Shown: positions 53,290-63,240, counted from the stretch's first letter. The stretch is 64,000 bases of DNA from Longimicrobiales bacterium (GCA_965218295.1 CBDCKN010000009.1:320001-384000); one strand, 5' to 3'. Notes: a model not told the origin generated them from the sequence alone. Translations and numbers: made by a program.

Positions 53290-53481
53290 ATGCCAATACG
53301 TCCACTGGCCGAGATGACCTGGGAAGAGGCCCGGGACGCACAACGAAAGGCTTGGCTCGCTCTGCTCCCCATCGGTGCGGTGGAGGCCGAAGCCGAAGCC
53401 CAGGCGAAGTGTATGCTGAACCCGAACTTCCGTGAGGCCTACGAGGCCTTCAGCGAGAAGCGTGAGGCCCGATTCGAATGA
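53290..53481 (+). pseudogene. chimeric remnant: creatininase N-terminus fused to an enoyl-CoA hydratase C-terminus
   Basis: LAEMTWEE...LPIGAVEA joined to EAEAQAKCMLNPNFREAYEAFSEKREARF. Confidence 0.7.
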
Positions 53482-54635
53482 TGCTTGATACGCAGGTCGT
53501 CCGCGCGTTCCTCGACGACGCTCACGTCGAGTGGGCCGAAGCCGTCTCGGCCTTTGCCGGGGAGAGCCTGGCCGCCCTCCGCGAGCCGTCCGACGACGAT
53601 GCCGGCCGTGCCCAGGCCCGGGGGATCCTGGCCCTGCTGGGCGCCGGCGGATGGCTGCGCTGCATCGAGGAAGAGGACCTCAGAGGCGCGTGCCTGGCCA
53701 GGGAAGCCATTGCCAGCGCCAATCCCCTGGCCGATGCGGTCTATGCCCTCCAGGGGCTCACGGCGACTCCCTTCCTGCTCGCCGACAACACCGACCAGCG
53801 CAAGGCGTGGTTACCGAAGCTTCTCGACGGCACCGCTCTGGGGGCCTTTGCGATGAGTGAGCTCGAGGCCGGTTCGGACGTAGCGGCCATGACCACCACG
53901 GCGGTCCGGGACGACGACGGATATGTGCTGAACGGGACCAAGACCCTCATCTCCAATGCCGGCATCGCCGATGTTTACGTCGTATTCGCGTCCACGGATC
54001 CGGAACGTGGGAGCCGGGGCATCTCCGCCTTCGTCGTGCCGGCGGAGACCGAGGGCTTCGAGTACGTGAAGCCGCAGGTGATGAGCTCTCCTCACCCCTT
54101 GGGGGAGGTCGCCTTCCGAGAGTGTTGGGTTCCGGAGGAGGCCCTCCTGGGTGGCGAAGGGGAGGGCTTCAAGCTGGGGATGGCGACGCTGGACCGGCTC
54201 CGTCCCACGGTGGCCGCCGCGGCGTGCGGGATGGCCGCCCGTGCCCTGGACGAGGCGGAGGCACACGCCCTTTCACGCGAGCAGTTCGGCCGGCCCCTGG
54301 CCGACTTCCAGCTGGTCCAGGCGAAGCTGGCCCGCATGGCCACGGAACTCACGGCCGCGCGTCTGCTCACGTACCGGGCAGCGTGGGAGAAGGACGGCGG
54401 CGCCGAGCGCATCACCGTGGAGGCCGCCATGGCCAAAGCCCACGCCACGGAGGCCGCACAGTGCATCGTTGACGACGCCATCCAGATCCTGGGGGGACGG
54501 GGGGTGTTGGCGGAGGCGGTAGTGGATCGGCTCTACCGGTCGGTTCGGGCGCTTCGCATCTACGAAGGAGCCACGGACATCCTGCACCTCATCATCGCCA
54601 GCCATCGCCTGAAGTCGAGGCGGGAGGGCTCTTGA
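53478..54635 (+). CDS. acyl-CoA dehydrogenase
   Basis: AFAMSELEAGSD, LNGTKTLISN, REQFGRPL, QILGGRG and IYEGAT. Confidence 0.93.
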   Translation: MMLDTQVVRAFLDDAHVEWAEAVSAFAGESLAALREPSDDDAGRAQARGILALLGAGGWLRCIEEEDLRGACLAREAIASANPLADAVYALQGLTATPFLLADNTDQRKAWLPKLLDGTALGAFAMSELEAGSDVAAMTTTAVRDDDGYVLNGTKTLISNAGIADVYVVFASTDPERGSRGISAFVVPAETEGFEYVKPQVMSSPHPLGEVAFRECWVPEEALLGGEGEGFKLGMATLDRLRPTVAAAACGMAARALDEAEAHALSREQFGRPLADFQLVQAKLARMATELTAARLLTYRAAWEKDGGAERITVEAAMAKAHATEAAQCIVDDAIQILGGRGVLAEAVVDRLYRSVRALRIYEGATDILHLIIASHRLKSRREGS

Positions 54636-54674
54636 GGTCACTCGGGATCGGTAATACCCGTGGATGCGCGCCGG

Positions 54675-54854
54675 CGTGAAGTGGTCTTCTCCGACGCCAC
54701 CATGGCGGAGCTCGAGGGGGCGGAGCCGGAGGTGTACCGCGAGATCGCGGGGGCGTTCGCCCATTGGGACGACATCGACGTCCACTACGGAGGTCGGGTC
54801 CTCGTGTCCGGCGGACACGGGTTCGCCGGCGTCTCGCGCATGAAGCTCCTCTAG
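54675..54854 (+). pseudogene. fragment of anthraniloyl-/salicylyl-CoA monooxygenase-reductase
   Basis: VVFSDATM...FAHWDDIDVH...SGGHGFAGVSRMKLL, then a stop; both ends missing. Confidence 0.7.
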
Positions 54855-54889
54855 GAGCCGCTCTCGGAAGGGCCCGAGCACGACGAGAA

Positions 54890-55087
54890 GGGTGAAGGGA
54901 ACTGTGGCTGAGATTCCCGGGCGACTGCCGGCTTCGGCCGATCTACACGGGCTGGTTCTGCGGCGTTTGCGGCGCGCGGTGTCCGAACGGACTACCGGGG
55001 AAACGTGATCCGCTTCGGCCCCGCCCCGTACTTCACCGACGGCCAGTTGCGGGAGGCATGGCGGCCCTGGGGGAGGTGGCGCGCTAA
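54890..55087 (+). pseudogene. kynureninase C-terminal fragment
   Basis: ARGVRTDYRGNVIRFGPAPYFTDGQLREA. Confidence 0.6.
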
Positions 55088-55980
55088 CCGGCGCTCTCCA
55101 TCCAGGCCGTCCACCAGAGATCCCGGAGCATGTTCGCTCCCGCCGCCAGGCGCTCCACGGCAAAGCGCTTGGTCTCTGCGTGAGGTCGGTCGGGGACGAA
55201 TCCGAACTCCCGCTCCAGCTCGTACAGGCGGGTCACCTTCTCGTTCGACTCGAGGAGGTAGGCCCACACCTGGTCGTGCACGTCGTCCAGGTGACGTAGC
55301 TCGGCCTGGATGAGGGGTAGTACGTCGTCCAGCTCCACGTTGGCCTGAACAAAGCCCGACTCGAACCGGGCGTGGAAGTCACGCTCCAGACTGAACCCCC
55401 GCGGGTTGGGTGCGTCCCTGGCCCAGCCGTTGAAGTGGATGGTGCTGTGGTGAGGCTGGGATCCGTCGGCCACGTAGTGACCCAGCACCCCGGCGTCGTT
55501 GATGATGCGCTGGGCGATCCAGTTGCGCTCGTCACCTTCGGCGGCCCGCCACCGCTGGAAGCCCGACTGCAGGCGTTGATAGAGCTCCAGGATCCGAAAC
55601 GGAAGAAAGCCACCGTCCCTCTGGGGCATGGTCAGGTCCGTTTGCCGGTAGAGGGTCTCGAGGTACGTGAAGCGATCGGGCGCGGTTCGTGCAGCCTCCG
55701 GTACGTTCTCCAGATCGACGTAGTGGTCGTAGCGGAAGCCCTCGTTCATCTCGGTGTTGTTGCCGTCCCGCCAGCGGTCGGGCTCGTAGTTGAGGTATGC
55801 GAGCCGATCCTCGGCCGTCCGGAAGAAATCGGGCATGCCTGTCGGCAGATCGGTGGCCGCCGCCCTGCCCGCGGTCACGTGTCCGTGTCTGCCCCAGGGC
55901 GCTGGGGTGGCCGCCAGCACGCCCCCGCACACGACCAGAGCCGCCACTCTTGTAAGCCTGCCCGCCGATGCTCCTACCAA
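55084..55980 (-). CDS. S1/P1 nuclease-like zinc enzyme, secreted
   Basis: Signal peptide then WGRHGH; EPD, HYVD, HYVADGSQPHH and HARFE. Confidence 0.8.
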   Translation of the reverse strand: MVGASAGRLTRVAALVVCGGVLAATPAPWGRHGHVTAGRAAATDLPTGMPDFFRTAEDRLAYLNYEPDRWRDGNNTEMNEGFRYDHYVDLENVPEAARTAPDRFTYLETLYRQTDLTMPQRDGGFLPFRILELYQRLQSGFQRWRAAEGDERNWIAQRIINDAGVLGHYVADGSQPHHSTIHFNGWARDAPNPRGFSLERDFHARFESGFVQANVELDDVLPLIQAELRHLDDVHDQVWAYLLESNEKVTRLYELEREFGFVPDRPHAETKRFAVERLAAGANMLRDLWWTAWMESAG

Positions 55981-56346
55981 GTCGCTACCCTCCTCCTGTG
56001 CCTCGATCGGAATAACACGCTAACGACTTGAGACTGGCAAGGGAGGCCGGTCATCTATCGTTCTTCGGTGACGGCGCCGAACATTTTTGCCGTGAATTCC
56101 GTAGTTTCACTAGAGTACCTGGCCGGCGTGTCATGGATTCACGGACCTCCGGGATGTCCACTAGATTCTCGGGGGCGCCGCCTCGGCGAGGCCGGACGAT
56201 AATGGACGACCTTCGGCGGCGTCGGCAAGGTGCCCAGGGTCAGGCGCAGGCCGCGGAGTGACAGCACTCGTGGATCCTGGTCGCGCCGACGTGGTATCGT
56301 GTTCAAAGACGTCAGGCTTCGTGATACAGGAGATACTATTTTTTCG

Positions 56347-57147
56347 ATGACGCCCTGGGTTACCCGGTTGCTCGTCGCGAACGTGGCCGCCTTTCTGTTG
56401 GTGCAGCCGGCGACTCTCCTGTACGGTCTTCTGACGCTCTTCCCCCCGGCCGTCGTAGGACTCGACAAGTTCTACATTCCCGCGATGCCGTTCAGGCCCT
56501 GGACGCTCTTCACGTACATGTTCCTGCATGCAGGGTTTGGGCATGTCTTCTTCAACATGCTCGGGCTCTTCTTCTTCGGCCCCAGGCTCGAAGCCCGGCT
56601 GGGCACCCGTGGCTTTCTGGGGCTCTACTTTCTGAGTGGGCTCGGCGGGGCCGCGTTCTCGTTCCTCTTCTCGTTCAGCTCCCCGGTGGTGGGAGCATCG
56701 GCTGCCGTCTACGGGATCCTCGTCGGCTTCGCCATGTATTGGCCGAGGGAGAACATCTACATCTGGGGCGTCCTGCCGATCCAGGCTCGCGTGCTGGCCA
56801 TCGCCCTGATCTTCATCAGCCTCTACAGCGGTATCGCCGGGACGGGTGGCGGCGTGGCCCACTTCGCCCACCTGGGTGGCCTCGCGGTCGGGGCCGGGTA
56901 TCTCCGTTGGCGAGATTGGCATTCCGGCAAGGACCGGCGCGAGTTCAAGCGCAAGGTGCACCATACGCCCTCCCTGGACGGTTCCGACCGGGAGGCCCGG
57001 GCGCGCTGGTCTTCTATCGACCTGTCCTCCATGCACGAGCTCAATCGGAGTGAGGTGGAGGAGCTACTGGCCAGGGCGGACAGCGGGGGCTTGCAGACCC
57101 TGTCTCTGGAAGAGCGGGCGTTCCTCGACCGGATGTCGAGCGGATAG
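56347..57147 (+). CDS. rhomboid intramembrane serine protease
   Basis: YMFLH...HVFFNM, GAS and AHFAHLGG. Confidence 0.92.
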   Translation: MTPWVTRLLVANVAAFLLVQPATLLYGLLTLFPPAVVGLDKFYIPAMPFRPWTLFTYMFLHAGFGHVFFNMLGLFFFGPRLEARLGTRGFLGLYFLSGLGGAAFSFLFSFSSPVVGASAAVYGILVGFAMYWPRENIYIWGVLPIQARVLAIALIFISLYSGIAGTGGGVAHFAHLGGLAVGAGYLRWRDWHSGKDRREFKRKVHHTPSLDGSDREARARWSSIDLSSMHELNRSEVEELLARADSGGLQTLSLEERAFLDRMSSG

Positions 57148-57206
57148 CCGTCGGTTGGGTCTGGCCCGGCGCCGTCCTGGTCGGCGCCGGGATCGCGCTT
57201 ACCACG

Positions 57207-58441
57207 GTGGCGGGAGACGCCCCGTGGCTCGAGCAAGCCGTCAATCGATATCCGCTGGTCATCTTCGCTGGTGGCCTTCTTCTCGCGTGGCGCTTCCGGA
57301 GAAGCCGGGTCGGGGCGGCCGTCCTGGGCCTCATCCTGATGGACCGGCTCCTACGGCCGGCCGGCGTCGGGCCCACCACCATCGAGTCCACCGTCGTGGA
57401 GCCTGGGGCCGTGGGAGCTCTGCTAGTGGAGCCGGCCGCCCTCATACCCGCCGCGTTCGATCCCACCGCGGTCGACACGACCATGGGGTCGCCGTGGGGG
57501 ACTGGGGGCATCGTCCTGCTCCTCGCCCTCGGGGTCCTGGCGGTCATGAAGGACCGAGGAGTCCTCTCCGGGCTGGGTATTCTCCAGCCAGTGATGGTGG
57601 CCCTGGCCCTGGCTGCCGGGCTCGTTCTCTGGGACGTGCAGCCGGGAGCGCTCACCTGGACATGGACGCCATTTCTCCCTTGGGTTCCGGGGGGCTGGCT
57701 AGGCCTTTCCCACGGAGCCGTGGTAGTGGGGCTACTCGCGCTCCTGGTCACGCTGGGGATGGCGATCCGCCGCGACCATCCGGTGGAGAAGGGGCTCTTC
57801 TGGACGATCCTGGCGGTGCTCCTCGCCCTGGGCAGCGGGGCCGACTCCGTGGAGTCCACGGTGCACCTCACGGCAGGGGGGCTCGTTCTCGCCCTGGCCG
57901 TCGTGGAGACGTCCTACGCCATGGCCTTCCGGGACGAGCTGACCGGGCTACCCGCTCGGAGGGCACTGTGGCAGGAGATCGAATCCGCGGGACGCTCGTA
58001 TGCCGTGGCCATGGTCGACGTCGACCACTTCAAGAAGTTCAACGACCGCCACGGCCACGACGTGGGTGACCAGGTACTTCGGCTGGTGGCCTCCCAGCTC
58101 GGCAAGGTGACCGGAGGCGGTCGGGCTTTCCGCTACGGCGGAGAGGAATTCACGGTGGTGTTCCCCGGAAAGGGGCGCGAGGACGCACTCCCCCACCTCG
58201 AGGAACTGCGGGAGACGATCGAGGCCAGCCGTTTCGCCGTGCGGCGCTCCCTGCGGCCCCGGAAGGAGCCATCGGTGAAGAAGGCGAAGAAGAGGTCTCC
58301 GCGGCGTCTCTCGGTGACCGTGAGCAGAATGGGATCGCCGAGCGGACCGAGAAGGCGGCCACGGGCGAGGCGGTGGTGAAGGCGGCAGACAGGGCCCTCT
58401 ATCGGGCGAAGAAGGCGGGGCGGAACCGGGTGGCAAAGTAG
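57207..58441 (+). pseudogene. membrane diguanylate cyclase (GGEEF); frameshift near 58327
   Basis: DELTGL, DVDHFKKFND and RYGGEEF. The C-terminus GIAE...AADRALYRAKKAGRNRV is in another frame. The true start may be about 57144. Confidence 0.82.
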
Positions 58442-58450
58442 GCGGGCAGC

Positions 58451-59269
58451 CTACACCAGCCGCTTGTAGTCGGCCAGGTGGCGGAGGGCCTCCTTGCTTC
58501 GGCCCTGGGCCTCGTAGAGACGGGAGAGGTTGTAGTGGGCCGACGCCATGTCCGGGTCCCAGCGTAGCGCCCTCTCGTAAGCCTTGATGGCGTCGTCGAC
58601 CCGCTCCAGGTCCTCCAACGCCACACCGAGGTTGAAGGCGGCCATCGGCGATTCGGGCTCGGCGGCCAGAGCCTGGCGGTAGTGCGCCTCGGCCGACTCC
58701 ACGTCCCCGCCTTCGTGCAGCAGCCGGCCCAGGTTCAGATGCGCCCGGACGTGGCCCGGGTTGAGGGCAAGGGCTCGCCGGTAGGCGTCCGTGGCACGGT
58801 CCGTTGTAACGGGCTCCAGGTCCAGCGCCAGTTCGTACCATCCGTCGGCCGAGAGCTCGGTGGACGCCGGCTTCGCTGCCGTGGCTCGGGCAATGGGCTC
58901 GACCTTCTCGGCCAACTCCCGGACGGCGAAGTCGAGGTGGACCTGGCCCGACTGGGGGTCCCAGAGTGTCCTCTCTTCCTTCACGACCACCGTGTCCCCG
59001 TCAAACGTGATGTGGAGGGCGCTCAGCGGCCCACCCTCGGGAAGCTGCTCTCGGAGGGCATGGAGAACTTGCCGTACGCGCTGCATGGAGACGCCCGCGT
59101 CCCGGAGGTCCCGCGTGGTGCGGAGAAGGATGATGTCCGAGAAGGAGAACCGGTATTGGTTCCCAGGCCCCCTGGTCGGATCGAAGAATCCGGATCTGGC
59201 AAAGGAACGGACGCGGGCCGGGGGGATGCCGAGGATCTCGGCCACCTGCCTCGTGGTGTATCCTCTCAT
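58451..59269 (-). CDS. MerR-type HTH plus TPR protein
   Basis: YTTRQVAEILG...YRFSFSDI...LRDAGVS (MerR HTH), followed by about four TPRs. Confidence 0.85.
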   Translation of the reverse strand: MRGYTTRQVAEILGIPPARVRSFARSGFFDPTRGPGNQYRFSFSDIILLRTTRDLRDAGVSMQRVRQVLHALREQLPEGGPLSALHITFDGDTVVVKEERTLWDPQSGQVHLDFAVRELAEKVEPIARATAAKPASTELSADGWYELALDLEPVTTDRATDAYRRALALNPGHVRAHLNLGRLLHEGGDVESAEAHYRQALAAEPESPMAAFNLGVALEDLERVDDAIKAYERALRWDPDMASAHYNLSRLYEAQGRSKEALRHLADYKRLV

Positions 59270-59309
59270 CACGGGCGCGGCCGTGACGATTCCGGAGCGG
59301 TGCCGCCGG

Positions 59310-60158
59310 TCAGCCCGAGGACGCCTTCTTCCTGGTGGCGGACTTCTTCCTGCTGGATGCCTTCTTGGCCGGCATCCTCTCCTCTCCGTCATCGGCGAGG
59401 CTGGCCTTGAGGGCCGCCATCAGGTCGATGATCTGGGTCTGGGGCTCTTCGGTGACCGACGTGACGATCTCTTCGCCGTCCACCTTCTGCTGTATGAGCT
59501 CGAGCATGCGGTCACGGACCTCGTCCTTGTAGTCCGTGGCCTGGAACTCATCCGAGGACGCCTGGTTCACGAGTTGAATGGCCAGCTTCAACTCGGACTC
59601 GCTGACATCGCCCTCGTCTACCGGGACGTCGGCGAAATCCCGGACCTCATCGGCGTAGCGGAGCTGCTCCAGAAGAAGGCCCTCCCCGAAGGGCCGCACC
59701 ATGACCAGGTACTGCTTGCCGCGGGTGGCGTACTTGGCGATGGCCACACGCTCGGTTTGCTGCAGGGCCGCCGAGAGGAGCAGATACGCCCGAGCACCGC
59801 CCTTGTCGGGTCCGAGGTAGTAGGCGCGATCCAGGAACAGGCGATCCACCTGGTCAGCGGGAACGAACTCGGTGATCTGGATGGAGTCGGTCTTAGGCTG
59901 CTCTACCGCCTTCAGCTCCTCGGGCGTGAAGAGCACGTACTGACCCTTGGCGAACTCGTACCCCTTCACCATGTCTTTCCGGGGAACGATCACGTCGTCC
60001 TTCGGGCAGATGTACTGCTGCTTCACACGAGTTCCACAGTCCTTGTGGACCATGTTGAAGGAGATGCGGGACTTGGATTCCCCGGTGGCGTACAGCTTCA
60101 CCGGCACGGAGACCAGCCCGAACGAGATCGTCGAGGTGGAGATAGGACGTGCAGCCAT
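59310..60158 (-). CDS. ku: NHEJ DNA end-binding protein Ku
   Basis: ISFGLVSVPVKLY, VKGYE, YYLGP, DLMAALKASL and a basic tail; ATG at 60158. Confidence 0.95.
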   Translation of the reverse strand: MAARPISTSTISFGLVSVPVKLYATGESKSRISFNMVHKDCGTRVKQQYICPKDDVIVPRKDMVKGYEFAKGQYVLFTPEELKAVEQPKTDSIQITEFVPADQVDRLFLDRAYYLGPDKGGARAYLLLSAALQQTERVAIAKYATRGKQYLVMVRPFGEGLLLEQLRYADEVRDFADVPVDEGDVSESELKLAIQLVNQASSDEFQATDYKDEVRDRMLELIQQKVDGEEIVTSVTEEPQTQIIDLMAALKASLADDGEERMPAKKASSRKKSATRKKASSG

Positions 60159-60293
60159 TGCGAAGAAACTCCCGTTACCGAGACTGAAGGGCGGAAGAAA
60201 ACATATGTTCACTGAAGGAAAGAATGCAATGAAAAGGTGGGGCGGGTGCCGGTAAGGTGGTGTCAGCCCGCCCGCCACCGCTAACGTCTCTGC

Positions 60294-62819
60294 ATGGCAC
60301 CGAGCTCCGACGACCGACTCGAGCGCTATCGCGAGAAGCGCTCCGCCTCCGATACCCCCGAGCCGTTCGGAGGGATTGGATCGGCCGGTGACGCGCGGTT
60401 GTTCGTGGTGCAGAAGCACCACGCCAGCTCCCTGCACTGGGATCTGCGACTCGAGATGGGCGGGGCCCTGGAGTCTTGGGCCGTGCCCAAGGGCCCTTCC
60501 GCGGATACGGCGGACAAGCGTCTCGCCATGCACGTGGAGCCCCACCCGCTGGAGTATGCCGAGTTCGAGGGGGTCATCCCCGAAGGGCAGTACGGAGCCG
60601 GCCCGTCCATCTGCTGGGACAAGGGCGTCTGGATCGAGATTCCCGGCGAGAAGCACGGTTTGGAGCACGGCAAGCTCCTCTTCGAGCTCAGAGGCTACAA
60701 GCTGCGCGGCCGCTGGACGCTCGTGCACACGCCCAAGCGGGGGGACAACCACTGGCTCCTCATCAAGGAGCGGGACGGCTACGTGGACGAGCGGGGCACG
60801 GACGCGTACCCAGACGACTCGATCTACTCGGGACTTCTGGTGGATCAGCTTTCCGACCCCGGCGAGCGAGAGGCCGAAATCCTCGGGCGGGCCCGCGAGC
60901 TGGGCGCCGAGAAGGAGGCACCCCCGGCCAAGAAGATGAAGGTCATGCTGGCCACGAGCCGCGAGGAGCCCTTCGACAAGGAAGGCTGGGTCTTCGAGCT
61001 CAAGTACGACGGCTATCGGCTGATCGCGTCCCGGGAGACCGACGAGCCCGTGCTCTGGTCCCGGAACGGGAACGACCTCACCGAGACGTTTCCCGACATC
61101 GCCCGGGCTCTCCACGGGTTGCCCTATGATGGCACGGTCTTGGACGGCGAGGTCGTGGTCCACGATGAGGCGGGCTTGCCGAGCTTCAGCCGCCTTCAGC
61201 GTAGAGGCCGCCTGCAGCGACGCTCGGACATCCTGAAGGCGACGCTGGACCTGCCGGCCGTCTTCTACGCCTTCGATCTCTTGGCCTTTGGGGGGCTCGA
61301 TCTCCGCAATCTGCCCCTCGTGTCCAGGAAGGAGCTGCTCCGGGAGGTACTCCCCAGCGCGGGGCCCATCCGCTACTCGGACCACATCCCGGTTCAGGGC
61401 GAGGCCATGTACCGGCAGGTGACCGACATGCGCCTCGAGGGGATCGTGGCCAAGAAGTCCGACAGCCCCTACCGCTCCGGGCGTTCGACCCATTGGTACA
61501 AGATCCGTACGGTTCACACGGACGACTTCGCGGTGGTGGGCTACACGGAGCCCAAAGGAGGACGGCCGGGTTTCGGGGCGCTCCACCTGGCCCAGTACGT
61601 CGACGGTGAGCTGACCTACTCCGGGAGTGTCGGGACCGGCTTCAGCGACGATATGCTCGACGAGATCCTGGAGATGCTCGTGGATCTGGCTGGTGAGCCG
61701 GGCCCCCCATGTGCCGGCACGGCCCCCAGGGGGAAGACGTACCATTGGGTCCAGCCGAAGCTCGTAGCGGAGGTCCAGTACAAGGAGTTCACCGACACCG
61801 GCGTGATCCGGCATCCCTCCTTCGTGAGGCTCCGGGACGACAAGCGGGCGGAGGAGTGCGTTCGGGAGGACGAGGGTGGAGGCGAGGCGCTCCCGGACCC
61901 GGTCCAGGTCGTCGATCGGACCGTGGAGCGAACGGTCCCGTTCACCAATCTGGACAAGGTCTTGTGGCCCGAGGAGGGATACACCAAGGGTGAACTCATC
62001 GAGTACTACCGTGCCGCCTGGGAGTGGATCTCGCCGTATCTGGCAGACCGGTGTCTGGTGCTCACCCGCTATCCGGACGGCATCTATGGGAACTCGTTCT
62101 ACCAGAAGAACGCCCCGGAGTGGGCCCCGGAGTGGCTTCGGAGAGAGCCGGTCTGGAGCGAGGACTCCGACAAGGTCCTCGACTACTTCGTGGTGGAAGA
62201 CGTGGAGTCGCTCCTGTGGGTGGCCAACTCGGCGGCCATCCCGCTGCACATCTGGTCGAGTCGCATCTCGTCCCTGAACAAGCCCGACTGGTGTATCCTC
62301 GATCTGGATCCCAAGGGCGCGCCCTTCGCTGACGTGGTGAAGGTGGCCAAGGTGATCCGCCAAGTGTGTCAGGAGATCGAGCTTCCCTCATACGTGAAGA
62401 CGAGTGGATCGTCCGGGCTCCACGTTCTGATTCCGCTGGGGGCGCAGCTCAGCTACGAGCAATCAAGGATGCTCGGGAACCTGCTCGCCCGCGTGGTGGT
62501 GGGGGAGCTTCCCGAGATTGCCACCGTCACCCGGGCCCTCAAGAGCCGGGAGGGGAAGGTCTACGTGGACTTCCTGCAGAACGCTTCCGGCCAGCTGCTG
62601 GTGGCCCCCTTCTGTGTCCGGCCTGTGCCGGAGGCCGCCGTGTCCACGCCCCTCAAGTGGAGCGAGGTGACGAGCAAGCTCGACATCCGGAAACACACCA
62701 TCAAGACGGTGCCGGCCCGCATGAAGCGCCTCAAGGGGGGTGATCCCCTCCTGGGCGTGCTGGACGACAAGCCCGACCTCATGGGCGCCTTGGAGCGCCT
62801 GGCCAGGCGCGCCGGCTGA
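60294..62819 (+). CDS. ligD: NHEJ DNA ligase D (phosphoesterase-ligase-polymerase)
   Basis: QKHHAS.LHWDLRLE and SWAVPKGPS; ELKYDGYR and EGIVAK; RYPDG, DLDP and KTSGSSGLH. Confidence 0.96.
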   Translation: MAPSSDDRLERYREKRSASDTPEPFGGIGSAGDARLFVVQKHHASSLHWDLRLEMGGALESWAVPKGPSADTADKRLAMHVEPHPLEYAEFEGVIPEGQYGAGPSICWDKGVWIEIPGEKHGLEHGKLLFELRGYKLRGRWTLVHTPKRGDNHWLLIKERDGYVDERGTDAYPDDSIYSGLLVDQLSDPGEREAEILGRARELGAEKEAPPAKKMKVMLATSREEPFDKEGWVFELKYDGYRLIASRETDEPVLWSRNGNDLTETFPDIARALHGLPYDGTVLDGEVVVHDEAGLPSFSRLQRRGRLQRRSDILKATLDLPAVFYAFDLLAFGGLDLRNLPLVSRKELLREVLPSAGPIRYSDHIPVQGEAMYRQVTDMRLEGIVAKKSDSPYRSGRSTHWYKIRTVHTDDFAVVGYTEPKGGRPGFGALHLAQYVDGELTYSGSVGTGFSDDMLDEILEMLVDLAGEPGPPCAGTAPRGKTYHWVQPKLVAEVQYKEFTDTGVIRHPSFVRLRDDKRAEECVREDEGGGEALPDPVQVVDRTVERTVPFTNLDKVLWPEEGYTKGELIEYYRAAWEWISPYLADRCLVLTRYPDGIYGNSFYQKNAPEWAPEWLRREPVWSEDSDKVLDYFVVEDVESLLWVANSAAIPLHIWSSRISSLNKPDWCILDLDPKGAPFADVVKVAKVIRQVCQEIELPSYVKTSGSSGLHVLIPLGAQLSYEQSRMLGNLLARVVVGELPEIATVTRALKSREGKVYVDFLQNASGQLLVAPFCVRPVPEAAVSTPLKWSEVTSKLDIRKHTIKTVPARMKRLKGGDPLLGVLDDKPDLMGALERLARRAG

Positions 62820-62898
62820 AGAGCGACGAAACCCTCGGTCCCTCTGTTACGTTATAAAGGAACAGGGGGGTTCAAGTCGTCCTTTTCAGGATTGGAAA

Positions 62899-63240
62899 AT
62901 GATCCAGTTTGCAGTCCATCTCCTGGTTACCGCGGCGCTCCTCGCCGTGGTCGGAAAGATGATCTCCGGCATCGAAGTGGAAGACGCGAGCGCAGCCTTC
63001 GTCGGGGCTCTCGTTCTCGGCTTCGCCAACGCCGTGATTCGGCCCATTCTGGTCGTGCTCACCATGCCCATCACGATCCTCACTCTCGGCTTGTTCATCT
63101 GGGTCGTGAACGCGTTCATGCTCAAGCTCGCTGCGGCGTTCGTGCCGGGGTTCGAGGTCCGGGGATTCAAGGCGGCCCTGTTCGGGAGCCTGATGCTGGG
63201 GCTTCTCAACTTCGCGGTGTCGGTCTTCTTCGGGATCTAG
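62899..63240 (+). CDS. 4-TM holin-like membrane protein (YvlD/DUF360 type)
   Basis: NAVIRPIL..LTMPITILTLGLF..VVNAFML. Confidence 0.85.
   Translation: MIQFAVHLLVTAALLAVVGKMISGIEVEDASAAFVGALVLGFANAVIRPILVVLTMPITILTLGLFIWVVNAFMLKLAAAFVPGFEVRGFKAALFGSLMLGLLNFAVSVFFGI

Noticed and set aside
8940..58340. Programmed frameshifting at the broken genes, or NHEJ scars as their cause
   Set aside because: There are no slippery heptamers at the junctions, and the presence of ku/ligD alone is not evidence of causation.
59310..62363. 1017-aa ORF suggesting a giant Ku fusion
   Set aside because: The N-terminal ~735 aa are the stop-free antisense shadow of ligD; Ku homology begins at ATG 60158.
62899..63240. 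Prophage suggested by the holin-like gene
   Set aside because: This 4-TM family is common on chromosomes and there are no other phage genes.
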